Below are positions 10,547-20,007 of a stretch of 64,000 nt of DNA, one piece after another (position 1 is the stretch's first letter; the number at the start of each line of letters is the position of its first letter). The DNA is taken from the IMG/VR virus record IMGVR_UViG_3300023055_000005. One strand, 5' to 3'. Source of the DNA: a virus. Taxonomy: Duplodnaviria > Caudoviricetes. The translations under genes were made by a program, and so were the position numbers. Below the pieces are notes generated by a model. It did no database searches. It saw nothing but the letters and a program-made list of their open reading frames with translations, and was not told where the DNA came from.

Positions 10547-12814
10547 TTATGCGGCCGTACCGATGGCGACGTAGCTGTAGCCCTGAACGCCGATACCGTC
10601 CCAGCGGAAGCGGAAGGCACTGGTGTTGACACCGTCCACCGTCTGCAGGGAGCGAGAGGGCGAGCCGTTGGTCACGTCGTGAGCCTGTGCGACAACTGCC
10701 GGACGGTTCGAGAAGCCACGCATGAACGGGATCACCGAGTTGTTCGCCTGGGTGTTCATCCAGCCGAAGCAGACAAGGATCGGACCGATTCGTGCGTAAC
10801 CACGCTGACCTGAGCCGTAGTTTTCGTACTGACCAGAACCATCGCCGATGCCCAGCGAGTTCAGGTAAGCCTTGATCGCATCTGCCGGAACATAGCGACC
10901 ACCCGTACCGTTGGCGATATCCCACTGGGATGCCGCCGGCCAGTCGTTGATGTTGCCCAACCCAACGTGCCACTTGTTCGTGCCATGCGGGTTGTTGCCA
11001 TTGCCGACGTGCGCTGCGATGTTCGGGTCAGGCTGCGCGGTGGTGTGGACACGCCCCATGTAGGTCGCATCGACCGTTGCACGGATTTCACCACCAGCCC
11101 ATTCCAGATAGATCTGGTTGCCACCGTTGTTGCGGACCTGCCGGTAGTCATCCACCGAACCAAGACCGATCTGGCCCTTGGTTACGCCGTGCGGGTTATC
11201 CCGACGGTTGGAGTGCTGGTCCGAGTAAGCCTTGGCGCGATTCTCTGCGGCCACAGCAACGGAGTCGGTCTGGGCGATGGTGTAAGCACCCACCTGCGCT
11301 GCAGTTACCTGATGCGGGTTGTCACGACGTGCGACGAACGGATCGAAGACCGTGGTCTTGAAGTTGTCGATCGCTTCCTTGGTACGCTGCGGCGTCATGT
11401 ACTTGACGTTGGACGCACCAGCAACCGCTTCCTGTGTCGTGGCAAGGCCGTAGTTCTCGACCGAGCCCAAACCCACCTGCGCCTTGGTGACAGCATGCGG
11501 ATTGGTCTTGTCGTCGATGTGCTTCTGCAGCAGCTTACCAGCCTGCTCCTGGATCGCCTGCGACGTCCGCAAGGGCGTCATGTAGCGGGTGTTGAGGATG
11601 CCGTCACGGGCTTCCTGTTCGGACGGGACGGCGTAGTTCTCCACCAGTGCCAGACCAATCTGAGCACGCGTGACGCGATGCGGGTTGGTGTAGTCGGTGA
11701 TGTGCTCGTCCAGCATCGTACCCGCTACTGCCTGCACCAGCGCCTTACCCGACGCAGGCGTCAGGTAGCGGTTGGTCAGCGCAGCGGCAGCTGCTTCCGC
11801 ATTGGTAGCCGGCGGGTAGTTCTGCACCTGACCCAAGCCAACCTGTTCCTTGGTAACCTTGTGGGGGTTCTCCAAGTCGGTGACGTGGTTGAGCAGATCC
11901 TGCCCGACGCTCTGGGAGATGGTGTGCTTCAAACCTGCCGGAGTCACATACAGGTTGAAAGCCGTACCAAGCAGCGTGGCGGCGTTGTCGGCGGTGCCGT
12001 AGTTCTGTACCAGGCCCAATCCGATCTGCGTCTTGGTGACCGCATGGGGATTGTCGCGACGGGCAACGAATGCATCGAAGTCCGTGCGAATCTGGAAGTT
12101 GATGGCCTGCTTGACGCGCAGAGGCGTCATGTAGCGATCTTCGGCCGTACCCTGTTCTGCCTGCGGGCGGGTCGAGATGCCATAGTTCTCCACCAGGCCA
12201 AGGCCGACTTGTGCCTTGGTGACCTGGTGCGGATTGTTGCGGTTGCCCAGATGCTGGGAGAACTCATCGCTCTGTCGGGCATAGATCGCATCAACGACCT
12301 TCTCCAACACTTCGACGGTTTCCTTCATCCCGATCAGATCGTCCATGTACCACTCATGGTCGGTCGGGGGGAAGCGCGTCGGGCGATCATCCACCTCTTC
12401 CCAGGTGGTGATGCGCGGATTGCCGAGCGCATTGGCGACGATTTCAATCGCCTTCTGCGGATCGATAACCCAGTCGCCGCCGACGGTCTGGTATTCGGCC
12501 AGCTCGACCACACCCGCCAACTGCTTGTTGAGGATGGTGATGGAGCCGTAGACCGGCTTGGCAGTGGAGCGGGAGGCACCGATGAAGAAGTGCGTCGCCA
12601 GCCAGTCCACGCCGTGAATCATTTCCCGGCGCGCACCATTCGCCTCACGGAAGAACACCTTCATGGTGTCCTTGAAGTACGGTGCTGCCTTCGGGATGAG
12701 GAAGTAGTAATCCGAGCTATTCGGAGGGGAGATGACCTGGAACTCGTTGGTCACCTTATTCTCGGGCTTCGTCCCCGTCGGGTCGAAATCCCATTTGACC
12801 TTGTTATCCGGCAT
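10547..12814 (-). CDS. Tail fibre protein (phiKZ gp145-like) with NPH repeats and a C-terminal gp53-like/lectin-like domain
   Basis: 755 aa; WDFDPTG..ENKVTNE N-terminus; eight NPH units; C-terminal GYARIGPILVCFGW...YSYVAIG. Confidence 0.75.
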   Translation of the reverse strand: MPDNKVKWDFDPTGTKPENKVTNEFQVISPPNSSDYYFLIPKAAPYFKDTMKVFFREANGARREMIHGVDWLATHFFIGASRSTAKPVYGSITILNKQLAGVVELAEYQTVGGDWVIDPQKAIEIVANALGNPRITTWEEVDDRPTRFPPTDHEWYMDDLIGMKETVEVLEKVVDAIYARQSDEFSQHLGNRNNPHQVTKAQVGLGLVENYGISTRPQAEQGTAEDRYMTPLRVKQAINFQIRTDFDAFVARRDNPHAVTKTQIGLGLVQNYGTADNAATLLGTAFNLYVTPAGLKHTISQSVGQDLLNHVTDLENPHKVTKEQVGLGQVQNYPPATNAEAAAAALTNRYLTPASGKALVQAVAGTMLDEHITDYTNPHRVTRAQIGLALVENYAVPSEQEARDGILNTRYMTPLRTSQAIQEQAGKLLQKHIDDKTNPHAVTKAQVGLGSVENYGLATTQEAVAGASNVKYMTPQRTKEAIDNFKTTVFDPFVARRDNPHQVTAAQVGAYTIAQTDSVAVAAENRAKAYSDQHSNRRDNPHGVTKGQIGLGSVDDYRQVRNNGGNQIYLEWAGGEIRATVDATYMGRVHTTAQPDPNIAAHVGNGNNPHGTNKWHVGLGNINDWPAASQWDIANGTGGRYVPADAIKAYLNSLGIGDGSGQYENYGSGQRGYARIGPILVCFGWMNTQANNSVIPFMRGFSNRPAVVAQAHDVTNGSPSRSLQTVDGVNTSAFRFRWDGIGVQGYSYVAIGTAA
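10950..12260 (-). repeat. Coding tandem repeat, NPH units in the gp145-like fibre
   Basis: Eight NPH units, the last three shortened. Confidence 0.85.
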
Positions 12815-12930
12815 GGTGGACTCCAGCTATGCGTTGACGCTACCTAGGTTGTTAAAAATTACATGCACCATACCATAACGGGACGGTCAAGCCTCTGAGG
12901 TATCGTATAGATTAGGCGAAGGAGCCAGTG

Positions 12931-14172
12931 ATGCCCTACACGTACAAAGCCGCCCGCGTGCGTGGGCGTTTGAGCAGCTCGGTCTGGGAAGATATCGACG
13001 CCAGCAACATGGCAATCGATGATCTGCTCACTGACTACTCCAAGGTCTACCTGACCCTGCGGCACCAGTTGATCGATCACGATCTGTTCTTGCTGCTCTC
13101 CGACGCGCAGGAGATGATCCCCAACAAGATCCCCTCCTACAAGGTCAACGAGTGGCTGGCAATGATCGGCGATCGCACGTTGCCGACCAAAGACAAGATG
13201 CCTGATCCCTACTACGGTAAGCTGCGTTACAACGACGCCTTCCGTGCAGGCTACGGTATCCAGCCCACCGTCGCCACGATGCATCACGACTCGGACCTGC
13301 CCACCAGCGCCAAGCCTGACCTGATGCTCACCAAGTCCGGCGTGGACTACATGGAGATGCACAAGTACTGCTTGGCTTCTGTCAACGGTATGTTCCATCC
13401 CACTGCCGCTGGTCCGGATGGCTTCTACATCCTCGATGGCGCACGTCAGGGTCGCATTGCCAACGAGTCGATCGTGGGTCTGTACAACTTCAAGCAGCTC
13501 GGCGAGATCGAGATCATTCCGATCACTGCAGACATGCTGTACAAGACTCACCCGCGTCAGGAATACAAGACCTCGGTCAACCTGCAAATCCCCAAGTCAA
13601 CTTCGGGCAAGGCGGCGCTGCTGGTAATCGGCGGCTACCTGCACGTGCTGGACAACAGTTACAAGCAAGTGGGCGATGGTCTGATCAAGATCGACTTCGC
13701 CAACCTGCCGTGGCTGGAGCGTTACTACGAGTCGCGCAAGCTGCTGGATCTGAGCATGCTCAACTTCAGCGAGTCCACGGTCAATGTCAATCAGCTCACG
13801 CTGGAAGACCTGTACAGCGAAGAGAACATCATCGCGTACCTGACCATGGCCAACTCGTTCGTAGTGCTGGTGGATACCGAGCAGCTCTACATCGATCGCC
13901 ACTTCGTTGAGAAGACCGGACTGAACGGGCGCTACATCTCCCACATCAATCCGGACATGCCGCTCTTCGGTGGCATCGGTCGTGTGTTTGAATACTGGCC
14001 GGTTGAAGAAGATGGTGACTACGTTCTCCAGACGTTGGACAACACGGTGGACATGTTCACCGCTCGTACGACCAACTGGAAGACGCAGACCTCCATCGAC
14101 GACACGCGCTATCCGAAGAACCCGTTCTTCTTCTCCAAGGCCTTCTTCCTCGAAGTCGGTCGTATCGACTAA
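12931..14172 (+). CDS. Conserved virion structural protein (probably baseplate region)
   Basis: 413 aa from ATG 12931 with AAGGAG RBS; divergent from the fibre genes; ends at a strong hairpin; strong C/G third-position bias. Confidence 0.6.
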   Translation: MPYTYKAARVRGRLSSSVWEDIDASNMAIDDLLTDYSKVYLTLRHQLIDHDLFLLLSDAQEMIPNKIPSYKVNEWLAMIGDRTLPTKDKMPDPYYGKLRYNDAFRAGYGIQPTVATMHHDSDLPTSAKPDLMLTKSGVDYMEMHKYCLASVNGMFHPTAAGPDGFYILDGARQGRIANESIVGLYNFKQLGEIEIIPITADMLYKTHPRQEYKTSVNLQIPKSTSGKAALLVIGGYLHVLDNSYKQVGDGLIKIDFANLPWLERYYESRKLLDLSMLNFSESTVNVNQLTLEDLYSEENIIAYLTMANSFVVLVDTEQLYIDRHFVEKTGLNGRYISHINPDMPLFGGIGRVFEYWPVEEDGDYVLQTLDNTVDMFTARTTNWKTQTSIDDTRYPKNPFFFSKAFFLEVGRID

Positions 14173-14182
14173 CGGCATAAAA

Positions 14183-14214
14183 GCATAGAGCCGGGCTTGC
14201 GCCCGGCTCTATGC
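14183..14214. terminator. Perfect 14-bp hairpin GCATAGAGCCGGGC-ttgc-GCCCGGCTCTATGC between convergent genes
   Basis: Inverted repeat read directly; member of the CATA/TATG hairpin family. Confidence 0.75.
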
Positions 14215-14238
14215 CCTAACCTGGAAGAAGTTCTTCTT

Positions 14239-14697
14239 TTAACCCTGGCCGAGGACGTTGGACGTCTTCGGCTGATTCAATTCCTGGATGGTGCGAATTA
14301 CCTTGCGGGTGTCTTCGCGCATCTGGGACAGGTCGTATTTCAGCCATGCAGGGCATCTGGCGATCACCTGCGCAATCAGAAGATCCAGATCAGCGCCACA
14401 AAGGGCACCCAGACATGTGAGGTCTTCTTTCCGGTTCTCATCCTTCCACACCAGTGGAGTGAGGAGTGCAGGAAATTCGAACGCTTGCCCGTTCTCACGG
14501 ACCAGTTGCTCGAAAACCGTGTTGAGCTTGGCCATCACCAGCCGGTCCATGCGCTTGCTGGCGGACAAGTGCATGTAGAGGGTGACGGCAAAGATCACTT
14601 GCTTGACGTGCAGAGAAACCGCACGCGAGAAGAAGTCACTGAAGAAAGATCCCAGCGATGACTTCATCGACGTGGTCATGGATCCACTGACATTCAT
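14239..14697 (-). CDS. Hypothetical protein
   Basis: 152-aa ORF filling the gap between two hairpins. Confidence 0.55.
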   Translation of the reverse strand: MNVSGSMTTSMKSSLGSFFSDFFSRAVSLHVKQVIFAVTLYMHLSASKRMDRLVMAKLNTVFEQLVRENGQAFEFPALLTPLVWKDENRKEDLTCLGALCGADLDLLIAQVIARCPAWLKYDLSQMREDTRKVIRTIQELNQPKTSNVLGQG

Positions 14698-14765
14698 GTA
14701 AGGTGTCTCAAAAGCAGCTTCAACGTAGAAACTCCCTGCCCCCTTGGTAGGAGGCAGGCCCTGGT

Positions 14766-16289
14766 TTAACGCGGCAGCAGTACGAGGTTGGAGTACGGGC
14801 TGGAGTAGATCACCGCATCGTCAACAGTCTGCACGACCGTGGCGAAGCGGAAAGCCTGACCGGATTCTTTCCACGTTACAACCGTTACCTTAGGCGACAG
14901 TTCCGCAATCGCACTGAGGGCATTACGAACAGCGATATCCTGACCCACGGTCAAGCAAAGCTTGGCTTCACCCTTGTGAGTATCCGTGTCGAAGCCGACG
15001 ACGGCGTCGATGGATTTCAACGATCCGTTGATCTCTGGGAGCAGCTTTGTCTTGCTTGCGGACTTACCGGGAGTGGATACATAGAGTAAGTCGGTAATGT
15101 CGGTGTAGACCATTCCCGGCTTCTTCTCCAATGTCGCTTCCAGCACGTCCTCCAGAGTACCGAGAACTTCCAACGCCCGGAAAGCCATCCGAGGCGGGTT
15201 CAGTTCTTCAGTCAGCGGGAGATGGCGAGCTGTGTTAGGCGACTTGGAGTTCTGGTCGTCATCCTGACGAATCTGGTAGACACCGCCGACCAGCGAGATA
15301 TCCAGACGACGCGGATTACCACGGGTCATGAACGTATCGCCATATTCCAGCAGGTCGTTGTACACGTCCTTGTGGAGGATGTTCTTCAGCTTGCCGAAGA
15401 TCAGCGAGTTGGCTGTGGAACGATCGACCTGGTTCTGGTAGGTACGCACCAGTTCCATGACCGGATCAGGTTCCTTCAGGAACATCACGCTGTAGCACGA
15501 GTTGGCAATCGGCTTGCCGTGGTACTCGATCTTTTCCTGCAGATCGCAGGTGTAGTAGATCGTGCGCCCATCCTTGGATGCGTTCTCGGTGCTGATGTGG
15601 GTGTTGAACAACCACCCGGTCTGGTAGATCAGACGATTGCGATCGTTGTCCCGGTTCCAGTAACCCTTCCCCGGTGTGAGGTCTCGTACCGTGAGCACGA
15701 CCCGGTTGACCGAGGCCGACACTGCACGTGTTGCCAAGCTGTCCGCCAGATGGTTGCCGAGATTACCACTGTGACCCTTGACCCAGTTGTAACGGGTCTT
15801 GGTGCCACCATCTTCGACTTCACGCTTCAGGGCGAGCAGCTGTTCCCACAACTTTCGGTTAGGCACTTCATTGCCGTCCGGTCGCATCCACCCCCGGCTC
15901 TCCCAGCCCTTGTGCCATTCAGTCATGCCCTTCAGCACGTACTGACTGTCCAAGTGCATGGTCACCGCTTTGAGCCCGTGGTCACGGACAAAGGTGAATG
16001 CTTCAATCGCTGCCATCAGTTCAGCGATGTTATTGGTAGATCCGTCCGGGAGCGTCCCGAAGAAGTCGACGTAATCGACGACCGAAATCGAGGGCTTGCC
16101 CGTTGCTTTCATTTCGTAGCCACCCGCTTCCGGGTTGGCCTTCGGACAGCCCGAACCTTGCTTGGGCGCGTCCAGAGTAAAGGTGTAGCCATGAATGCCC
16201 CAGCCGCCAGGGCCGCGTGGTGGCATGCACCCGCCGTCGGTATAGAGAACCGCGTGGGTAGCTTTGATATCTTCGTTCTTCTCTGCCAT
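14766..16289 (-). CDS. rnhA: Ribonuclease HI with long C-terminal extension (phiKZ gp155-like)
   Basis: RNase HI motifs LYTDGGC..GPGGWG, TNNIAELMA, LDSQYV, WVKGHSGNLGNHLAD. Confidence 0.92.
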   Translation of the reverse strand: MAEKNEDIKATHAVLYTDGGCMPPRGPGGWGIHGYTFTLDAPKQGSGCPKANPEAGGYEMKATGKPSISVVDYVDFFGTLPDGSTNNIAELMAAIEAFTFVRDHGLKAVTMHLDSQYVLKGMTEWHKGWESRGWMRPDGNEVPNRKLWEQLLALKREVEDGGTKTRYNWVKGHSGNLGNHLADSLATRAVSASVNRVVLTVRDLTPGKGYWNRDNDRNRLIYQTGWLFNTHISTENASKDGRTIYYTCDLQEKIEYHGKPIANSCYSVMFLKEPDPVMELVRTYQNQVDRSTANSLIFGKLKNILHKDVYNDLLEYGDTFMTRGNPRRLDISLVGGVYQIRQDDDQNSKSPNTARHLPLTEELNPPRMAFRALEVLGTLEDVLEATLEKKPGMVYTDITDLLYVSTPGKSASKTKLLPEINGSLKSIDAVVGFDTDTHKGEAKLCLTVGQDIAVRNALSAIAELSPKVTVVTWKESGQAFRFATVVQTVDDAVIYSSPYSNLVLLPR

Positions 16290-16342
16290 GTCAAAACCGC
16301 CGCTAGTATTCCTATCTGATTGGTAGCCCAGGTAAAGAAATA

Positions 16343-16894
16343 CTAGCGACGACGTGGACCCCCGGTATCAAAAGGTGCAACCACCTCATGGCCGGTAGCA
16401 GAGGAAGAGACAGGCGGAGCGGGTGGGACTTCATCTCGCTTCAGAGCCTCGATCCTGTCGACGATCTGCGAGGTTTCCGGAGTAGCCTGAGCCGCCTCAC
16501 GCCGAACCGCTGGTGTCTTACCGTCCCGAGCCAACAGGGCGTTGGTCAGATCAGTAACGATGATCAGCGACTCTGCGTACTTCGCCTCAAAGCGTACAGA
16601 CCTCGTACGCTCCAGCTCAAGATCGCTGGACAACGTTTTGACTTTCCCCTGCTCAACCTCCAGCTGGTACTTCATCAGCTCACTCTGATGGTAAGTCGTA
16701 CCTGCCGCAGTGTTGTAGGAGATGACCTTATCGGCCATGTACAAGAACATCAAGAACAGCAGGATGTTCAGCACAGTCATCGCGGTGATGATCTTGTTCT
16801 TTCGGACAACCTCTTTCAGATCAGCATTGCCCAGGACCACTTCCTTCAGGAAGGGCCAGATGGCGAGAAGCCCCTTCAACAGGCTGTACAGCAT
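16343..16894 (-). CDS. Membrane-anchored coiled-coil protein (spanin-like topology, unproven)
   Basis: Hydrophobic IITAMTVLNILLFLMFLYMA segment followed by a coiled-coil-like stretch and a Pro-rich tail. Confidence 0.55.
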   Translation of the reverse strand: MLYSLLKGLLAIWPFLKEVVLGNADLKEVVRKNKIITAMTVLNILLFLMFLYMADKVISYNTAAGTTYHQSELMKYQLEVEQGKVKTLSSDLELERTRSVRFEAKYAESLIIVTDLTNALLARDGKTPAVRREAAQATPETSQIVDRIEALKRDEVPPAPPVSSSATGHEVVAPFDTGGPRRR

Positions 16895-16972
16895 TTTACG
16901 TTTCCCCAGTGGGAGTAATGGTATGGCTTCTCATATTGATCTTTCTCCAAACTTCAGCACCGAGGTGTTTAG

Positions 16973-18316
16973 ATGCTTAACCTGAAGGGCTTCCTGGTCA
17001 TTGGACCAATGGCCGACAACGCACCCAACGTCGTGGCTGACTTCGGTGAGATCTCCGCCAAGGCGCTGACCTACGCAACCGACCGTCTGCTCTACACCTC
17101 CCCTGACGCCAAGGGCGTGGGGCTGGTTGTCTTCCAGAGTATCGATGAAGGCACCGATGGCACCATCGAGCCACCGTTCGATATCCACGACAATGTCCTG
17201 AAGATCGGCGCGTGGTGCTACAACGCATCCGAGCAGGGCATCATCACTGGCACCCGTGAGGACTTCCTCACTGCCTTGATGAACGAGTGGGGCGACAAGA
17301 TCGACAACGTCACCTTCGGCGACCTGGTCACCGATGGTACGCGCTGGATGCCGGAGTTCCTCACCTGGCAGTTGACCGCCGGTACGAACGTGCCCGAGAA
17401 CCGTCTGAAGATCTGGTTCTCCGACAAGGCCTTCCGCCTGCAGTACGACGCGTACACCATCCGCGTGGTGCCGCCGATCGACAACCTCGATGACTTCTTC
17501 GCCGATCCGCTGGACGTGCAGGCGCTGGTCAACCTGCGTACCGTCAGCGAGACCCTGGAACGTGTGGATGCAGCCACCAACGGCTCCCCGTACACCACCG
17601 TTCGCGCCGACGTGTTCGACTACCAGGATCAGTTCGACCCGACCTTCAAGGTGCCGACGAACTGGACCACGATCCACTACGGTATCGCGGGCAACAACAT
17701 CGACACGATCAAGGAAGAGATCGTCAAGCACATCCTGGAGAACTCCACCCATCCTCGCGAGGACTGGGTCAAGATCTTCCCGGATCTGTTCACCAGCACC
17801 GAGTTTATCATGATTCCGAACTGGCTGCAATACGCCACGGAGAACAAGACGAACCAGGCTGGCATCTACTCCCCGATCCTGCGTCACCTGGACGGCATGC
17901 AGCTGGCGCGCTGGGCGTGCAAGAGTCCTGGCTACAACGAGGACCACTTCAGCACCTATGGCACCACCTTGCCGGTGATGTTCAAGTCCATGTCGCTGAT
18001 GGTGGTGGGTGGCCCGGAGAACCGCAACGGTACGTTCCTGCTGACGGACTACGTGAAGGACTACATCAACGTGCCCTCCACGTCGATCGACTTCTCGCGC
18101 ATGTCCCCGGCAACGCGTGAATGGGTCCATCTGGTCTCCACGCTGCTGACCGCGGCTGAAACCATGACCGAGTTCTCCGACGTTCCGCAGAAGGTCAATC
18201 GCCTGATCCGTAACGGGGTCATCTACGCTGCTGCCAGCTTCAACAAGGTGCAGTATCTGGTCGTGGCCAAGGGCTGGCTGGAAAAGCAGACCGTTGAACC
18301 CGTACCGCAGCAGTGA
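16973..18316 (+). CDS. Virion structural protein (phiKZ gp157-like)
   Basis: 447 aa with strong phage codon bias; position between RNase H and the spike gene as recalled for phiKZ-like phages. Confidence 0.6.
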   Translation: MLNLKGFLVIGPMADNAPNVVADFGEISAKALTYATDRLLYTSPDAKGVGLVVFQSIDEGTDGTIEPPFDIHDNVLKIGAWCYNASEQGIITGTREDFLTALMNEWGDKIDNVTFGDLVTDGTRWMPEFLTWQLTAGTNVPENRLKIWFSDKAFRLQYDAYTIRVVPPIDNLDDFFADPLDVQALVNLRTVSETLERVDAATNGSPYTTVRADVFDYQDQFDPTFKVPTNWTTIHYGIAGNNIDTIKEEIVKHILENSTHPREDWVKIFPDLFTSTEFIMIPNWLQYATENKTNQAGIYSPILRHLDGMQLARWACKSPGYNEDHFSTYGTTLPVMFKSMSLMVVGGPENRNGTFLLTDYVKDYINVPSTSIDFSRMSPATREWVHLVSTLLTAAETMTEFSDVPQKVNRLIRNGVIYAAASFNKVQYLVVAKGWLEKQTVEPVPQQ

Positions 18317-18324
18317 GGTGATTG

Positions 18325-18939
18325 ATGGCAAGTATCCTTCCGCCCATTGAAACCCAGGGTCAGTTCGAGCTTCGCGCTCCCTGGGCTGCAGATGCATCCG
18401 TGGTCTACACGGTCAAAGCAATCCGTACGTTCCCGGAACTCCTCCAGGCTGACATCGACATCTTCGCTGATTTCTATCAGCCGATGGGTCTGGTGGAGAG
18501 TGACTACTTGGCTGACCAGTTGGGCGATGCCTGCATTGTCACGCTGATCTCGGACAAGAAAGCCACGATCAATGTCCCGGACACCTACATCTCCAAGTAC
18601 CCCGATCAGGACATCGTGCCCTACATGCGCACGATCTTGGCCGTCAACTTGGGGATGGTGCCGCGCGACATGCCGTTGCAGTTTGTAGTTGAGCAGGTCT
18701 CTGCCGCTGTTTCCTCGTCGTTCGGCGTCATTCCTGCAATCTCCATTGCCTCGGCACCCTCCACAGGAGTGGTAACCACGACGCAGCATGAAGCACTGGA
18801 ACGAGTGCGCGGTGCTGCGGCTACCAATCGTGACACCACAGAAGCTCGCTTGATTGCCGCCAACGCCGAGATCGCTCGGCTGCAGGTGATCATAAAGGAC
18901 TACGAGCGCTCGATCATGGAACAGACCATCATCGAGTAA
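18325..18939 (+). CDS. Conserved hypothetical/structural protein
   Basis: ATG 18325 after GAGGTG RBS; LPPIETQGQFELRAPW N-terminus; C-terminal coiled coil. Confidence 0.6.
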   Translation: MASILPPIETQGQFELRAPWAADASVVYTVKAIRTFPELLQADIDIFADFYQPMGLVESDYLADQLGDACIVTLISDKKATINVPDTYISKYPDQDIVPYMRTILAVNLGMVPRDMPLQFVVEQVSAAVSSSFGVIPAISIASAPSTGVVTTTQHEALERVRGAAATNRDTTEARLIAANAEIARLQVIIKDYERSIMEQTIIE

Positions 18940-18941
18940 CA

Positions 18942-18977
18942 ACATACGGGGAGGGGCTCGCGCCCCTCCCCTATGCC
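18942..18977. terminator. CATA-hairpin-TATGCC element between convergent genes
   Basis: GGGGAGGGGC-tcgc-GCCCCTCCCC. Confidence 0.75.
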
Positions 18978-18978
18978 G

Positions 18979-19941
18979 TCAGGTGTACTTGAGGTTTGGT
19001 GCAGTGACGCTGGTGGTAGCCTTGATTACGTCAGCTTCGATCGAGCCGCCAGAGATCGTGCCGGTCATCTTGGACGTGCCAGTCACCACGAGATTGCCGA
19101 TGGTGGCAGTGCCCTTGACGCCAAGGTTCTGGGCGATGTCGACGTCACCGCTGATTTTGGTGTTGGGTGCCTCCACCGTAACCAACTTGGTTTCCATCTT
19201 GATCTCATTGCCAGCCGTCATCTCAATGGAGTCTTTGGCCTTCATGAGGATCTTCTTGCGGTTCAGCTCCACCAACGTCTTGTCGGCGTTGAGCATGCGC
19301 AAGATCGTCTCCACCGAGTCGAACTCAAACTCGTTGCCCTTCTCATCGGCGATGAACATCGCGCCGTCTTTGAGATTGAGCTGAACGGTGAACACTGCCT
19401 TCTCGCCGTTCTTGGCAGAGTTCTCCAGCATGATGTACTGACCATGCGAGGACATCTCCAGGAAGTAGCAGAAGCCTTCCTTCGTGCCGTCTTCCTTCTC
19501 TTTGCTCGTGCCGGAGATGGAGTAACGCACCGTCTCCAGCTTACGCAGGTTCAGGTCGAGGTCCAGACAGTGCCAGTACAGCTGAGGGGCATCGCCGAAC
19601 TTCATGACGATCAGGCGCTCACCACGGCGTACGTTGGGCGGGGTCTGACGATTGCCGCCACCCAGGTTCAGCCACTGAGCGGACGGGGTGATGGTGCTCT
19701 CGGTCTTTTCGGTGTAGGCCTTACCTTCGCCGTCCACACCTTCGACTTCGACCTCGTTGTTCTCGGCAGTGATTTCACCGTCAGCCATCGGGAAGCCTTC
19801 CACCAGCCACACCCGCAGTTCGGTTTCAGGCTTGAGGTCTTCATCGGTTTCGATGGACAGGTTCTCTGCCGCGTAGGCGAAAGAGTGGAAGTGAAAGCCA
19901 GAGGGCAGTTCACCGAGATTGCTGGGAGCGGCGTCAGCCAT
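18979..19941 (-). CDS. Central tail spike (VgrG/gp5/gpV-type, phiKZ gp164-like)
   Basis: OB-fold-like N-terminus (TPPNVRRGERLIVMKFGD), then beta-helix-like alternating repeats (KDSIEMTAGNEIKMETKLVTVEAPNTKISGDVDI); divergent from the SbcC gene. Confidence 0.7.
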   Translation of the reverse strand: MADAAPSNLGELPSGFHFHSFAYAAENLSIETDEDLKPETELRVWLVEGFPMADGEITAENNEVEVEGVDGEGKAYTEKTESTITPSAQWLNLGGGNRQTPPNVRRGERLIVMKFGDAPQLYWHCLDLDLNLRKLETVRYSISGTSKEKEDGTKEGFCYFLEMSSHGQYIMLENSAKNGEKAVFTVQLNLKDGAMFIADEKGNEFEFDSVETILRMLNADKTLVELNRKKILMKAKDSIEMTAGNEIKMETKLVTVEAPNTKISGDVDIAQNLGVKGTATIGNLVVTGTSKMTGTISGGSIEADVIKATTSVTAPNLKYT

Positions 19942-20007
19942 GGAAGTACCTTCGTATTTAGTTACGCGGCGTTCTCAGGATATGTAGAACAGCGCGAAAG
20001 GGTTCGT

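Noticed and set aside
8490-12260. Regularly spaced DNA repeats (e.g. GTGCGGGTTGT) as a possible CRISPR array or DGR template
   Set aside because: The repeats are degenerate at third codon positions and encode the NPH protein repeat; there is no cas or reverse transcriptase gene and no adenine-specific variation.
18973-20007. 345-aa N-terminal extension of SbcC given by the ORF track
   Set aside because: It is the antisense of the spike gene; the SMC fold starts at MRIEKVEL (20008).
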